A DNA stretch of 64,000 nucleotides from an uncultured Chloroflexia bacterium (GTDB taxonomy: Bacteria; Chloroflexota; Limnocylindria; Limnocylindrales; CSP1-4), in NCBI GenBank assembly GCA_963698505.1, contig CAVORC010000012.1, positions 4,590 to 68,589 on the forward strand. The letters are read 5' to 3'. This document shows, piece after piece, positions 27,994 to 41,611 of this stretch (the first letter of the stretch is position 1; each line of letters opens with the position of its first letter). The notes beneath the pieces are model-generated. The model was not told the origin of the DNA. It saw nothing but the letters and a program-made list of their open reading frames with translations, and searched no databases. The translations under genes were made by a program, and so were the position numbers.

Positions 27994-28662
27994 TCAGGCG
28001 GCCGGGATCTCCGCCATGAGCTCACGCAGGGTGGGATAGATGACGTCGGCCCCGGCGTCCAGCAGCTCCGGTTCGCTGGTGGCGCCGGTGAGCACCGCGA
28101 TGGCGCGCATGCCTGCTCCCTTCGAGGCGAGCATGTCCCACCGCGAGTCGCCCACGTACCACGCCTCGCCCGGCGGGACGTCGAGCAGATGGGCAGCCTT
28201 GAGCAGCAGGTCCGGCGCCGGCTTGGCGTGCTCCACATCGGCGCCGTCGCAGATCAGCGGCATGGCTCGCAGGCCCAGCGACTGCACCGACTCGCGGGCG
28301 TCGTCCGGCAGGCTTGAGGTGGCCACCGCCCAGGGCAGGCCAAGGTCAGTCAGCGCCTCCAGGACGTCCCGCGCGGCCGGCAGCGCACGGGGGTGTGCAT
28401 TGAGCACGCGGAACTCGGCGCCGGCCTCGATATCGATCTGCACATCGTCGCCGGGCTTCAGCTCCACGCCGTAGTGCTCCGCGACCATGCGCGCGAGGAG
28501 CTTGCCGTCAGAGCCCATCAGCGGCGCCAGGAATGCCGGCTCCGGGTCGATGCCGAAGCGGGGGAACACCGCCATCCATGAGTCGACGCGGGTGCCGACG
28601 GTGTCGACGAGCGTCCCGTCGAGATCGAAGATGATGGCGCGCGGGGCGCGCAACGCCGTCAT
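27994..28662 (-). CDS. HAD-IA family hydrolase (phosphatase, beta-phosphoglucomutase/phosphoglycolate phosphatase-like)
   Basis: Motif I IIFDLDGTLVDT, motif II ATSS, and motifs III/IV K...YVGDSRWD. Confidence 0.8.
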   Translation of the reverse strand: MTALRAPRAIIFDLDGTLVDTVGTRVDSWMAVFPRFGIDPEPAFLAPLMGSDGKLLARMVAEHYGVELKPGDDVQIDIEAGAEFRVLNAHPRALPAARDVLEALTDLGLPWAVATSSLPDDARESVQSLGLRAMPLICDGADVEHAKPAPDLLLKAAHLLDVPPGEAWYVGDSRWDMLASKGAGMRAIAVLTGATSEPELLDAGADVIYPTLRELMAEIPAA

Positions 28663-28691
28663 CGGCTGGTATCGGAGTGCATGGCCCTAGC

Positions 28692-30785
28692 CTACGATGT
28701 CGCCGCGTCCTCGAGTTGGCGTGCCAGCACGGCCGGGTCTGTGGTGGGCTGCCGGCAAGCGAAGCCGCGGCAGACGTAGGCCGTGGCGGCGCCCTCCATG
28801 CGGCTGCGGCCGTGGAGCAGGGGGACCGCCGAGGTGTCCGGGTCGGTCGCGAGAGCCACGACCTGCCCGGGTCGATAGCGCGCTCGGGCTGCGGCCAGCA
28901 AGGCCTTGGTGTCGTCGGCCCCAAGGTCACCCACGATGGCGATCTCGACGATGGGGCCGCTGGCCAGCCCATAGGCCAGCAGCCACTGGGCGAGACCGGT
29001 GGGGTACTTGGCAGCGATGGCGGCCATCGGCGCGAGCGCTCGCTCCGCGGAGCTTCGATAGCGACCCTCGCCGGTCAGCGCAGCCAGCCGCAGCAGCACC
29101 ATCGTGGCCATGGCTCCGCCGGAGGGGATGGCGTTGTCCTGGAGGTTGCGGGGCCGGGCGAAGAGCGTCTCGGCGTCATCGGCGGTGTCATGGAAGCCGC
29201 CCTCGTCGGCGCTGAAGTGCTCCAGGATGAGGTCGGCCAGCTCGCGGGCGGCGACGAAGAAGCGTTCCTCGAACGTCGCCTCGTACAGCGCCAGCAGCCC
29301 GTGGGCGAGGTGGGCGTGGTCTTCAAGCGTGCCGGCGTGCTGGGCGCGGCCGTCCTTCCACGAGCGCAGCAGCCGGCCGTCCTCGGTGCGCAGGTTCTGC
29401 AGGACGAAGTCCGCCGCCTCCGTGGCGACCTCCACGAAGGGGCCCTCGTGCAGGGCCACGCCGGCATCGGCGAAGGCACCGATCATGAGGCCGTTCCACG
29501 AGGTCAGCACCTTGTCGTCGCGCGCCGGCTGGGGGCGGTCGTCGCGCGCACGCAGCAGCGTGACGCGGGCCCGTGCCAGTGCCTCGCGGACCTCGTCTCG
29601 AGGCCGCTCCAGCTCCTCTGCGAGCTGGCTGTCCGTTCGGACACGGTGGAGGATGGTGCGCCCTTCCCAGTTGCCCGCGGGCGTGACCCCGTAGGCGGCC
29701 TCGAACAGGGGCGCGTCCGTGCCCAGCAGCTCGCGGATCTCGCTGGCGTGCCAGGTGTAGGTCAGGCCTTCGTGGCCGTCGGTGTCGGCGTCGAGGCTGG
29801 AGGCGAAGCCGCCGCCCGGCGGGTTGCGCAGCTCGTGCACCACGAAGTCGAGCGTCTCCCGCGCGATGTAGGCGTAGTGCTCGTCGCCGGTGACGAGCGC
29901 GGCGTGGCTGTAGACGCGCGCCAGCTGGGCGTTGTCGTAGAGCATCTTCTCGAAGTGGGGCACGAGCCACTGCTTGTCGGTCGAGTAGCGGGCGAAGCCG
30001 CCGCCGAGATGGTCGTAGATGCCGCCGGCGGCCATGGCATCGAGCGTCTTCTCCAGCATCAGCAGCGGCTCGCGGTTGCTGGTCCGCAGGTGCTCGCGCA
30101 GCAGCAGCTCCAGCGTCATCGTCTGGGGGAACTTGGGGGCCGCGCCAAAGCCGCCGTCGACGGCATCGAAGTTCTCGTGCAGCGTGTCCACGACGCCCCT
30201 CAGCAGCAGCGTCGGGTCGGGCGCTGGCTGGCCTTCGATCTGCTCGGCCAGGCGCGTCGGTGCGTCCTGCTCGTCGCGGACGTGCTTGGCGACGCTGGTG
30301 GCGGTCTTCTCGATGTCGTCGCGCTGACTCACCCACAGCTCGGCGATGCGACTCAGCACCTGGCGGAACGAGGGCATGCCGTGGCGTGGTTCGTCGGGGA
30401 AGTAGGTGCCGCCGTAGAAGGGCCGGCCGTCCGGCGTCAGGAAGACGCTCATGGGCCAGCCGCCCTGGCGCGTCATCGCCTGCACGGCGTCCATGTAGAT
30501 GCTGTCGAGGTCGGGACGTTCCTCACGGTCGACCTTGATGGCCACGAACCGCGCGTTGAGGTCCGCCGCGGTCTGCTCGTCCTCGAACGACTCCCGCTCC
30601 ATCACGTGACACCAGTGGCAGGCGGCATAGCCGATGCTGAGGAAGATGGGCACATCTCGCTCGCTGGCCGTGGCCAGCGCCTCCTCGCCCCACGGATACC
30701 AGTCGACGGGATTGTGGGCATGCTGCAGCAGGTAGGGGCTGGTCTCGCCGGCGAGGCGGTTGGTGTGCGGTTCCGCGGTCGTCAT
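28692..30785 (-). CDS. Thioredoxin-domain protein of the DUF255/YyaL family (N-terminal Trx fold fused to a six-hairpin glycosidase-like domain)
   Basis: About 698 aa from [37 protein letters not shown], with [23 protein letters not shown] as the YyaL signature. The track ORF extends upstream, but this Met sits in front of the conserved start. Confidence 0.8.
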   Translation of the reverse strand: MTTAEPHTNRLAGETSPYLLQHAHNPVDWYPWGEEALATASERDVPIFLSIGYAACHWCHVMERESFEDEQTAADLNARFVAIKVDREERPDLDSIYMDAVQAMTRQGGWPMSVFLTPDGRPFYGGTYFPDEPRHGMPSFRQVLSRIAELWVSQRDDIEKTATSVAKHVRDEQDAPTRLAEQIEGQPAPDPTLLLRGVVDTLHENFDAVDGGFGAAPKFPQTMTLELLLREHLRTSNREPLLMLEKTLDAMAAGGIYDHLGGGFARYSTDKQWLVPHFEKMLYDNAQLARVYSHAALVTGDEHYAYIARETLDFVVHELRNPPGGGFASSLDADTDGHEGLTYTWHASEIRELLGTDAPLFEAAYGVTPAGNWEGRTILHRVRTDSQLAEELERPRDEVREALARARVTLLRARDDRPQPARDDKVLTSWNGLMIGAFADAGVALHEGPFVEVATEAADFVLQNLRTEDGRLLRSWKDGRAQHAGTLEDHAHLAHGLLALYEATFEERFFVAARELADLILEHFSADEGGFHDTADDAETLFARPRNLQDNAIPSGGAMATMVLLRLAALTGEGRYRSSAERALAPMAAIAAKYPTGLAQWLLAYGLASGPIVEIAIVGDLGADDTKALLAAARARYRPGQVVALATDPDTSAVPLLHGRSRMEGAATAYVCRGFACRQPTTDPAVLARQLEDAATS

Positions 30786-31027
30786 CTCCGCGCATGGTAG
30801 GGGAGGCGCGTGACAGTGCCGTTTCGGAACCGCGGGCTGCTGGTACTGGCGTGGCTCGCGCCCGTGGCCGCCGCGATACGCCCCACGACTCACGTGGCCA
30901 GGCACGCCACGCTCACTGGCTGGCTGATGCAACTGCGCGTGCAAACGGCCGAGGAGCCACGGCGAACCCACGCGTGCGACGACTTCCGCGTGCGATCCAG
31001 GGGTTTTCAGCGCTCGTTCTTGGCTCG

Positions 31028-31047
31028 GTGAGTCACCGGCGACATCT
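31028..31047. repeat. Copy of the dispersed palindromic element GGTGAGTCACCGGCGACATC (REP-like); an identical 20-mer lies at 59887
   Basis: Exact 20-bp match between two intergenic sites 28.8 kb apart. The core GGTGAGTCACC is itself a near-palindrome. Confidence 0.6.
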
Positions 31048-31135
31048 GTGACGTGGGGCCGAGATCCTGGTGGACGCTCGCCCGAACCGGCGGCACCGGA
31101 TCTCACGGCTTCCTGCAGCAGCCGTGCGGAGTCCG

Positions 31136-31786
31136 CTACAGCACCGCGATGCCGTTGCTGGCCAGCGGAGATCCGGTGCGGAAGGCGCGCAGCACCTGCC
31201 GGGTGTCCAGTGGGAGTGTGCTCGACAGGGCCGAGCGATGCTCGCGGAGGACGCGACGGTTGTGGTGCGTGCTAGCCACGAGCAGGATCACGCGCGCCAC
31301 GCCGCTGTCGCGCCACTTGAGCTCCAGACGGCGCTGCAGCGCCTGCACATCGTGCAGTCGGGTCTCGGCATCGATGCCGATGCTCGCCGGCCCGCTCAGC
31401 GAGACGTCCCACGCTCGCAGGTCACCGCGACCAGCGACAGGTGCCTCGGCATGCCAGGCATAGGCTTCGTGGAGCAGCGCACGCAGACGTGCCAGCAGGT
31501 GCAACTGGGCTGCGTCGCGAACCGGGGACCCTTCGGGGTACGCGCGCACGTGCAACCGCAGGCCCAGTGCCGCGCACAGCACCGCCGCCTCCTCGATGGT
31601 GAGCCGGGAGCGCAGGCTACGCTCGGTGCGGCTGATCATGGCCTGGCTCAAACCCGTGACGCGCGCCACGTGCCGCTGCGCCAACCCCGCCCCGATGCGA
31701 GCGTCCCGCAGGTCATTGCCGAGCTCGGCAACGAGCGCGCGAGATCGGCGGCGCCCTCGGTCGCGGGTCCTGTCGATGGTCGCCAT
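31136..31786 (-). CDS. Helix-turn-helix (XRE-like) transcriptional regulator with a C-terminal domain of unknown function
   Basis: N-terminal HTH ([32 protein letters not shown]). Confidence 0.55.
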   Translation of the reverse strand: MATIDRTRDRGRRRSRALVAELGNDLRDARIGAGLAQRHVARVTGLSQAMISRTERSLRSRLTIEEAAVLCAALGLRLHVRAYPEGSPVRDAAQLHLLARLRALLHEAYAWHAEAPVAGRGDLRAWDVSLSGPASIGIDAETRLHDVQALQRRLELKWRDSGVARVILLVASTHHNRRVLREHRSALSSTLPLDTRQVLRAFRTGSPLASNGIAVL

Positions 31787-31845
31787 TCAGCCAAGGATGG
31801 TGGGGCCGGCTTCACTGCCACTTGCCTCGCGTGTACCGTCAGCGT

Positions 31846-32466
31846 ATGCAGCCCAGCCCTGCGCTCGCCGTCGTCGTGCTTGCCGCGGGCGCCGGCAGCC
31901 GGTTCTCGCGTGTGCCTGGCGCCAAGTTGATGGCGCCCCTCGACGGGCGGCCGGTGCTGGCGCGGGTGCTGGATGCGGTGAACGAGTTCGGCCCAGCCGC
32001 CACGGTCGTCGTGCTCGGCCATGGCGCCGACAGCATCGAGCGTGGCCTCGACTGGCGCGACGAGATCCGCGTGCGCAACCACGACCCGGAGCGCGGCCTG
32101 GCATCGTCGCTGAAGGTCGGTATCGACATGTTGCGCGCGTTGCCTGTCGAGCTTGCTGGCGCATTCGTCGTGCTTGGCGACCAGCCGACCCTGGATGCGG
32201 GCGTGATGCGCCAGCTCGCGCGTGCCGCGGCCAGCCAGCGACCTGCCGACCATCCGATCGTGGCTCCGCGCTACGAGCAGGACGGTCCGCGCAACCCGGT
32301 GCTGCTGCTGCGGCCGGCCTGGCAGCTGGTGGATGAGCTCGACGGCGACCGTGGACTGGGCCCACTCATGGCGAATCGACCGGCACTGGTGCTGGAAGTG
32401 CCTGTGCCCGGCGCCATGCCTGACGTCGATACGCCTGACGACCTGCAACGCCTGGCGAGCGACTGA
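31846..32466 (+). CDS. mocA: MobA-like NTP transferase, probable molybdenum cofactor cytidylyltransferase
   Basis: Motif LAVVVLAAGAGSRF...KLMAPLDGRPVL at the N-terminus. It is adjacent and convergent to the xanthine-dehydrogenase-family operon. Confidence 0.65.
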   Translation: MQPSPALAVVVLAAGAGSRFSRVPGAKLMAPLDGRPVLARVLDAVNEFGPAATVVVLGHGADSIERGLDWRDEIRVRNHDPERGLASSLKVGIDMLRALPVELAGAFVVLGDQPTLDAGVMRQLARAAASQRPADHPIVAPRYEQDGPRNPVLLLRPAWQLVDELDGDRGLGPLMANRPALVLEVPVPGAMPDVDTPDDLQRLASD

Positions 32467-33316
<850 letters not shown>

Positions 33317-33317
<1 letters not shown>

Positions 33318-33829
33318 CAGCCGTTCTCCCGGGCCACGGCGGCCGCCTCGATGGCGTCGATGATCTTGGTGTAGCCGGTACAGCGACAGAGGTTGCCGGC
33401 GATGGCCTCGCGGATCTCGTCCTCGTCGGCCGTGCCGCCGTCGTCGAGGTAGACCTGCGCCGCCATCAGCATCCCCGGCGTACAGATGCCGCACTGGGCG
33501 CCGCCGTACTCGAGGAAGGCGGTCTGGAGCGGGCTGAGTGCCGCGGTCTCCGCGTCGGAGAGGCCCTCGACGGTGCGCACCTCGGAACCGTCGACCTGGC
33601 ACACGGGGACCAGGCAGCTGTCGACCACCATGCCGTCGAGGATGACCGAGCACGCGCCACACTCGCCCTCGCCGCAGCCCTCCTTGGTGCCGGTGAGGCC
33701 GAGGTCTTCGCGGATGACGTCAAGCAGCCGGCGCATCCCCGGGACCGATACTTCGCGCGGCTCACCATTGAGCGTGAAGCGATACGACGCGCCCGCCCCC
33801 ACTGGCTCGCGCTCCCCGATGGCTGTCAT
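33317..33829 (-). CDS. Xanthine dehydrogenase-family [2Fe-2S] iron-sulfur subunit (CoxS/XdhC-like)
   Basis: 170 aa with both cluster motifs (CGEGECGACSV and CGICTPGMLM...CRCTGY). A GGAGGAGGG RBS is upstream. Confidence 0.9.
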
Positions 33830-36134
33830 GCACCCTCCTCCAGCGCTCGCAGCACCCGCTCTGACGTCGCGGGCAGCTCCGTGACCCATACCCCCACCGC
33901 ATCGTGGATGGCGTCCACGATGGCCGGTGCAGCGACGTTCATGGGCAGCTCCCCGATGCCCTTGGCGCCGTGGGGTGCCCCGCTGAACGGCTTTTCCACG
34001 AGGATGGCGGTGATGCGGGGCGCGTCCATCGAGGTCGGGATGATGTAGGTCGAGAGTCGGTCGTTGAGGTAGCGGCCGTCCTGCAGCTTGATCTCCTCGA
34101 TGGTGCCGTAGCCGACCGACTGCAGGGTGCCGCCCTCGATCTGCCCTTCGGCCAGCAGCGGGTGGATCACACGGCCCGCGTCGTCGGCGCTGACGACGCT
34201 GCGAACACGCACCTCGCCGGTGTCGAGGTCGACATCCACCTTGGCCACCGCGCAGGCCCAGCCGAAGGCGGGATAGGCATCGCCGGTATACGTCGCCTCG
34301 TCGAAATCGACCTGCGGTCGCGGGCTGGTAGCGCTCGTCGATGCGGGTGGCTCCATGGCGCCGTGCGTCCTCGCGGTAGACATCCGCGAAGTGTCCACCC
34401 GAGCGCTCCTCCACGATCTGCGCGCAGGCGGGCGGCCGCCTTGGACACCAGGCCGCCCACGATCATCACCGTGCGCGAGGCCACGGTGGGACCGCTGTTG
34501 GGCACGATCGAGGTGTCGATGGGCGCCAGCTCCACCTCTGAGGGCTCCACGCCCAGCACGTCGGCCACGATCATCGGCAGCACGGTGTTGGTGCCCTGGC
34601 CGATCTCGGTGTTGGCTACCAGCAGGCGCACGACACCGTCGTCGCCCAGCTCGACGCCCGCGACGCTGCCCATGTTGATCTCACCGCGGCCGGTGAACCC
34701 GGCCCCGTGCCAGCCCAGGGCGAGCCCGATGCCCGAGGCGATGTGCACCCGGGTCGAGGTGACGCCCGACCCCGCCTCCGCGGCCTGGCGCCAGCGGACG
34801 GCGCGTGTCTGGCGGGTCAGCTCGCGGACGCCCTCGTAGTCGGCCGCCTCGACCGCCCGATCGAGGACCTCGTGGGCCGCGACGCTCTCGCGCAGCACCT
34901 GCCCAGTGGGCGTGGTGCCGCCCTCCCGGTAGGCCCAGCGCCGGCGCAGCTCCGCGGGGGAGATGTCGAGCTCGTCGGCGATGCGGGCGACCTGCAGCTC
35001 GTGGGCGAAGCCGACCTGTGGCGCGCCGAAGCCGCGGAACGCGCTGTTGGGCGGCGTGTTGGTGGCCATCGTGCGCCCGGCGATGTGGACGTTGGGACAC
35101 TCGTACGGGCCACCGGCGTGGAGGACGCCACGTGAGAGCACCACCGGGGACAGCGTGCAGTAGGCGCCCGCGTCCATCACCACCTCCACCTCCTGCGCGA
35201 TGAGCCGGCCATCGGCCGAGACGCCCGAGCGGTAGCGGATCACCGCTGGGTGCCGCTTGGTGGTGGAGGCGATGTCCTCGTGACGGTCGTAGATCATGCG
35301 CACGGGCTTGCCGATGCGCTGCGCCAGCAAGGCGGCATGGATGGCCACGACGGAAGGGAAGTCCTCCTTTCCGCCGAAGCCACCGCCAGTCTCCGCCTGG
35401 GTGATGACAGCTTGTGTGTCACTCAGGTCGAGCGCGCGCTTCAACGCCGTGTGGACGTAGTAGGGGCACTGCATCGAGCCGGTGATGGTGATGCCGCCGT
35501 CGGGCCGAGGCTCGGCGATCATGGCCTGGTTCTCGATGTAGAGCTGCTCCTGGTGGCCCACGCGATACTCGCCCTGCACGATGAGCGTGGCCTCGGCGAA
35601 GGCAGCCTCGGGGTCGCCGCGGGTGATCTCGTAGGCGGCGAACTGCTGGGTCGACTCGAGCGGGTCGAAGACGGGCGGCAGGGGCTCGGTCCGCGCGCGG
35701 ATGCGACGCCTGGCCTCGCGCAGGGTGGCCTTGTCCGGCGCCGCGACGAGCGCGATGGGCTCCGAGTGATGACGGATGGTGTCGGTCGCCAGCGCCGGCA
35801 TGTCGTCCTGGATGGAGCTGACGATGTTCTCGCCGGGGATGTCGGCCGCGGTCATGACGACGACTCGTGACCAGTCGAAGTCGGGATCGAGCTCCAGGCC
35901 GAGCAGGCGTGCGTGCGCCTCGGTCGAACGGATGGTGGCGCCGTACCAGGCGCCCGGGAAGACGAGGTCGTCGGTGTACTTGGCCTCACCGGTGAGCTTG
36001 CCCGGACCCTCGCGGCGCAGCGGGGCAGGCGAGGCCAGCCCGAGGGTCGGCGCGGCCACCTCGCCGGGGGCAGGCGGAGACAGCACGACTGGCGCCTCGG
36101 CGGTGGCGCGCTGGTCACGAGCAGAAGCACTCAC
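33826..36134 (-). CDS. Xanthine dehydrogenase-family molybdopterin-binding large subunit (CoxL/XdhA-like), with two frameshifts near 34380-34440
   Basis: 655-aa ORF with the aldehyde oxidase/xanthine dehydrogenase a/b hammerhead and MoCo-binding domains. The C-terminal 150 aa (ADDAGRVIHPLLAEGQIEGGTLQSVGYG...GAKGIGELP) are in frame 33826..34398, and a short bridging segment is in a third frame. GTG start with an AGGAGGGAG RBS. Confidence 0.75.
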
Positions 36135-36176
36135 GCGAGATCTCCCTCCTGAGTTGGCCTCGACGTTGCGTATCGT

Positions 36177-36818
36177 ATGCCGATGGACGCAACCGTGACG
36201 CGCGCATCGCTCCTGCAGCGTGGGTTGCGGCTCGAATACCTGACCATCGGCTGGAACGTGCTGGAAGGCGTCATCGCTGTCGCCGCGGGCCTGGCGAGCG
36301 GATCGATCGCCCTGGTGGCCTTCGGTGTGGACAGCGTCGTCGAGACCATCTCCGGCGTCGTCCTCGTCTGGCGTCTGCGCGCCGAGACCAGCGGTCGACT
36401 CGATGACGAGGCCGTCGAGCTGGTCGAACGCAGGGCCGAGCGCCTGGTCGGTGTCTCCTTCCTGCTGCTGGCGGGCTACGTCGCGTTCGAATCGGTGCGG
36501 ACCCTGCTGGCGGCAGAAGCGCCCGACGCCAGCCCGCTCGGGATCGTGCTCACCAGCCTCTCGATCGCCGTGATGCTGTGGCTGGCTCGGGCCAAGCTGG
36601 CGACCGGCCAGGCGCTCGGAAGCCGAGCCCTGATCGCGGACTCGCGGCAGACGCGGGCGTGCTGGTATCTCTCTGCGGTCGCCCTCGCTGGCCTGGGCCT
36701 GAACGCGCTGCTGGGCTGGTGGTGGGCTGACCCGGTCGCTGCGCTCATCATCGCCGGGCTGCTGTTGCGCGAGGCGCGGGAGGCGCTGTCCGGCGAGGCC
36801 GACGAGGACGACGACTGA
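36177..36818 (+). CDS. Cation-diffusion-facilitator family transporter (membrane domain only, short form)
   Basis: 213 aa, 6 TM, with CDF signature residues in TM2/TM5 (ALVAFGVDSVVETISG...IADSRQTRACWYLS). Confidence 0.65.
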   Translation: MPMDATVTRASLLQRGLRLEYLTIGWNVLEGVIAVAAGLASGSIALVAFGVDSVVETISGVVLVWRLRAETSGRLDDEAVELVERRAERLVGVSFLLLAGYVAFESVRTLLAAEAPDASPLGIVLTSLSIAVMLWLARAKLATGQALGSRALIADSRQTRACWYLSAVALAGLGLNALLGWWWADPVAALIIAGLLLREAREALSGEADEDDD

Positions 36819-36852
36819 CGACCGAGGCCGACGAGGACGACGACTGACGGCG
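36795..36852. repeat. 2 x 29-bp tandem duplication (GAGGCCGACGAGGACGACGACTGACGRCS) spanning the TGA stop of the CDF gene
   Basis: Read directly in the sequence. Same unit length (29 bp) as the duplication at 7105. Confidence 0.8.
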
Positions 36853-36929
36853 ACCGACGGGCACGGAGCGCTGGTTCCAGCGGCACGGCGAGCCTGTCGG
36901 ACGATCCTCGTGGCGCTAGGCTATCGGCC

Positions 36930-37394
36930 ATGTTCCATCTGTGGTTGTTCCTGCATATCCTCGGCGCGATCGCGGCCTTCGGCTTCGGCTTCTACGCACC
37001 GGTCTTCGGCATGGCCGCGGCGCGGGAGCCGCAGCACGGCAACTGGTACATGCGCGCCTCCAAGCGGGTCTCCAACGTGGTCATCGTGCCGGTGGCCATC
37101 TCGATGTTCATCACCGGGACGCTGCTGGTCATCGAGACCGGCGGCATGCGCCGGTTCGAGGAGCTGTGGCTGGCGGTCGCGCTGGTGCTGTACGTCATCT
37201 CGCTGCTCATCGTGTTCCTGCTGCAGCGCCCCGCGCTCAACAAGGTCATTGCGCTGACCGAGCAGCCGCCTGGGCCGGAGGGGCCACCCGTCGAGCTGAC
37301 CGAGAACGTTCGCAAGATGCAGCTCTACGGCATGATCCTGCTGCTGCTGACCATCGCCATCGTGGCGCTGATGGTCTGGAAGCCGGTGCTCTAG
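36930..37394 (+). CDS. DUF2269-like small membrane protein (4 TM)
   Basis: 154 aa; LHILGAIAAFGFGF...helices; no catalytic motifs. Confidence 0.45.
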   Translation: MFHLWLFLHILGAIAAFGFGFYAPVFGMAAAREPQHGNWYMRASKRVSNVVIVPVAISMFITGTLLVIETGGMRRFEELWLAVALVLYVISLLIVFLLQRPALNKVIALTEQPPGPEGPPVELTENVRKMQLYGMILLLLTIAIVALMVWKPVL

Positions 37395-37409
37395 ACCCGA
37401 CCGTCCGCG

Positions 37410-38888
<1,479 letters not shown>

Positions 38889-38897
38889 GGAGGGATG

Positions 38898-40226
38898 CTA
38901 GCCCGCGGGCGGCCCCTCGAGGCGGCGACCGCGCACCCAGGCGGCGCGAACCATGCCCGGGCGCTCACGGAAGATGAGCCGGCTGGCGACCTCCTCCAGG
39001 TCACGGCAGGGCCCGGCCTCCGGCGGGCGCCCCAGCTCCGGGTCGATGGCGATGAGATCGGCCTCCTTGCCCGCCTCCAGCGAACCGATGACGTCGTCGA
39101 GCCCGAGCGCCTGCGCGCCACCCAGCGTGCCCAGCCGTAGCCACTCCAGCGGCCCCGGCAGCGGTGCCCCATCGCCGACGACCGTGGCACGAGCGTTGTG
39201 GACGAAGAAGCCCAGGCGCATCTGCGTGATGACCGACAGCTCCGGCGCTCCCGCGACATCGGTGCCGAGGCCCATGCGCAGCCCCTCGTCGCGATAGCGT
39301 GCGATGGGCATCACGCCGCTGCGAATGAACATGTTGCTGACCGGGCAGTGGGCGATGGCGCAGTCGGTCTCCACCATGCGTGCCACCTCGCGCTCGGAGA
39401 GGTGGATGGCGTGCGCGAAGAGCGCCCGCCGCCCCAACCCGCCGGCGCGATCGTAGACGTCGAGATAGTCGGCGGCCTCGGGGAAGTGCTCGCCGACCGT
39501 CGCGATCTCTCGCGCGTCCTCCGACAGGTGCGTCTGCCAGGTCGCGTCGTAGTGCGCAGCCAACGACGCCGATTCACGCAGCATGTCGGCCGTGCAGGAC
39601 ACGGCGAACCGTGGTGTGAAGGCGTAGCGCAGACGCCCGTCAGCCGCGCCGTGCCAGCGCTCGCACAACTCGCCAGACGCGCGCATGGCGTTCTCCAGGA
39701 TGGCGCCGGGCGCAGTGCGGTCGTCGTACGTCACGCGGTCCATCAGGACGTTGCCGATGGTGGCGCGGATGCCGTGGTCCTCCGCCGCTCGGAAGCAGGC
39801 GTCGGTCGAATCGGGCCAGACGGCAGCGTAGGCGGAGAAGGTGGTGGTGCCGGCGGCGGCCATGGCCTGGTACACCTGCGGGGCCAGCCGCTCCGCCGTC
39901 GCCACGTCGAAGGCGCGCTCGAGGGGGAAGACGTAGCGCTCCAGCCACGCCAGCAGGTCCATGCCGGCGCCCAGGCCCGCTGCCGGGACCTGCGGGATGT
40001 GCACGTGCGTGTCCACCAGGCCCGGCATCACCACCAGCGGGCGCAGGTCGATGGCTGTCTCCATCGCTCGGGGGACGTCCGCCGCGGCGTGGACCGAGCG
40101 GATGTGGCCAGACTCGTCTACCTCGATGAGCCCGTCGGGCTGCCACAGCGTGGAGCCGTCAGCCAGCGCGCTCAGCAATCGCGCACGCAGCGTGAAGGGC
40201 GGCTGGAGCGGGAACGCCGTGGCCAC
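38898..40226 (-). CDS. Amidohydrolase-superfamily deaminase, guanine deaminase-like
   Basis: Metal-binding HxH (LVDTHVHIPQ), downstream His/Asp ligands (HLSE, AHCPVSN, GTDVAG). It is adjacent to the xanthine-dehydrogenase-family operon, which suggests purine catabolism. Confidence 0.65.
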   Translation of the reverse strand: MATAFPLQPPFTLRARLLSALADGSTLWQPDGLIEVDESGHIRSVHAAADVPRAMETAIDLRPLVVMPGLVDTHVHIPQVPAAGLGAGMDLLAWLERYVFPLERAFDVATAERLAPQVYQAMAAAGTTTFSAYAAVWPDSTDACFRAAEDHGIRATIGNVLMDRVTYDDRTAPGAILENAMRASGELCERWHGAADGRLRYAFTPRFAVSCTADMLRESASLAAHYDATWQTHLSEDAREIATVGEHFPEAADYLDVYDRAGGLGRRALFAHAIHLSEREVARMVETDCAIAHCPVSNMFIRSGVMPIARYRDEGLRMGLGTDVAGAPELSVITQMRLGFFVHNARATVVGDGAPLPGPLEWLRLGTLGGAQALGLDDVIGSLEAGKEADLIAIDPELGRPPEAGPCRDLEEVASRLIFRERPGMVRAAWVRGRRLEGPPAG

Positions 40227-40243
40227 GTCGGCGAGCGTAGGTC

Positions 40244-41359
40244 TCAGCCGCCGTCGGCGTCAACGGGAAGCGGCGCGTCCGCGGCCGCCGCCTCTGCTGT
40301 CCGCTGCAGCCGGATCCGCTGGTCGATGATGAGCCCGAGCAGCAGCACCTGCTGCACGATGGTCGCCAGTGCTCCGATCTGCGCGGCATAGAACCCCACC
40401 AGCCCACCGGCGACGAGCCCGAGCAGGGCGGCGGCAAGGGCCACGTCCATCGCCCGCAGGGTCCGCTTGCGCAGGAGCAGCAGGATGGCCGCGAGCGAGC
40501 CGACGCCGACCAGAGTGTTGATGCTGAAGAGCAGCAGGATCCACAGGGGCTCGCGCGGGATCTCGAGCCGGCCGCTGTCGAATGTCTGCAGCTCGGCCCA
40601 GTCGATCTCACCGCTGGCCGATACCAACAGCACCAGCACCGAGACGAGGGCCGCGGCCACCGCCAGGAGGAGGCCGATGGCGATGAGCCATCGTTCCAGG
40701 CGCGCCGGCAGGAACCGCTCCAGTAGCCGCCGCGCATCGCCGCGAGCGACGAAGCTCGGGGCCGCCAGGCGTGAGTCCATGGCCGGAGACCGGAGCGCGG
40801 CGACCAGTGATGCCGCGAGCTGCTCGTCCTCGACTGATGGGGCCGTCGCTGCCTGAGCCTCGCGCAGCTGGACCATGACGCGCTCGCGATCGGGCTCGGT
40901 CAGTCGGCCGTCCACGCCCGCGGCCAGCGAGTCCACGACCGCGTGCATCGCCGACTGGTTGTCCAGCCGCCGCCGGCGCACGAGCGCCCAGAGCAGGATG
41001 AGCAGCAGGATGCTGCCGTAGATGATGGGGGCGGCAGGGGCGAAGAAGTAGTCGTTGGTCGTGGTGAGGAACTTGCCCACCTCGTCGATGAACAGGCCCG
41101 CGCCGACACCGGCGAGGACTGCCGAGATCAGCAGCGACCGCCGGCCCACGTACAGCAGCGGCAGCAGCGCTGCGATGAACAGGGCCAGTCCGCCCCACAG
41201 CACGTGGGCCACGTGCAGGCCGCCGCCACCGATGGTGGGATAGCCCGCAAGGTCCAGGTACCAGCGGACACCCGCCACCGTCACCGCGAAGGAGGCGATG
41301 GTGAGGACCAGGTAGCGCTCCGCGCCGTCCCGCCGCGCACCGAGGGGTTGGATGGGCAT
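40244..41359 (-). CDS. Hypothetical polytopic membrane protein
   Basis: 371 aa, about 8 TM, no recognisable motifs. Confidence 0.45.
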   Translation of the reverse strand: MPIQPLGARRDGAERYLVLTIASFAVTVAGVRWYLDLAGYPTIGGGGLHVAHVLWGGLALFIAALLPLLYVGRRSLLISAVLAGVGAGLFIDEVGKFLTTTNDYFFAPAAPIIYGSILLLILLWALVRRRRLDNQSAMHAVVDSLAAGVDGRLTEPDRERVMVQLREAQAATAPSVEDEQLAASLVAALRSPAMDSRLAAPSFVARGDARRLLERFLPARLERWLIAIGLLLAVAAALVSVLVLLVSASGEIDWAELQTFDSGRLEIPREPLWILLLFSINTLVGVGSLAAILLLLRKRTLRAMDVALAAALLGLVAGGLVGFYAAQIGALATIVQQVLLLGLIIDQRIRLQRTAEAAAADAPLPVDADGG

Positions 41360-41387
41360 CGCGCGAGAGCCTAGGCCATCGACGCGT

Positions 41388-41510
41388 TCAGCGTGCGTCC
41401 GGGACGGACACGGCCATGATCTGGAGGCCGTCGATGCCCCTGAAGGTGCGCGGGTTGCAGGTGTACAGGGGAAGTCCGTTGGCCATGGCGACGGCGGCGA
41501 TCATTACCCT
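41388..41510 (-). pseudogene. Remnant of a PIN-domain (VapC-type) toxin gene, C-terminal about 40 codons only
   Basis: MIAAVAMANGLPLYTCNPRTFRGIDGLQIMAV matches the conserved C-terminal strand/helix of VapC (D.LIAATA..HGLPLVTRN..DF..I.GL). No N-terminal PIN acidic residues and no vapB partner are present. Confidence 0.45.
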
Positions 41511-41611
41511 TCGACCGCGGTTCGTGAGCGTAGATGGAACCTTCTCTCTCGCTGGGAGACGCAATAGGGTATGAGTGCGACGAGATGCGTCGCACCGAAG
41601 CGGTGGCCCAC

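Noticed and set aside
28677-30800. 707-aa plus-strand ORF
   Set aside because: Antisense to the well-supported DUF255/YyaL thioredoxin-domain gene. Its low-complexity composition is a high-GC frame artefact.
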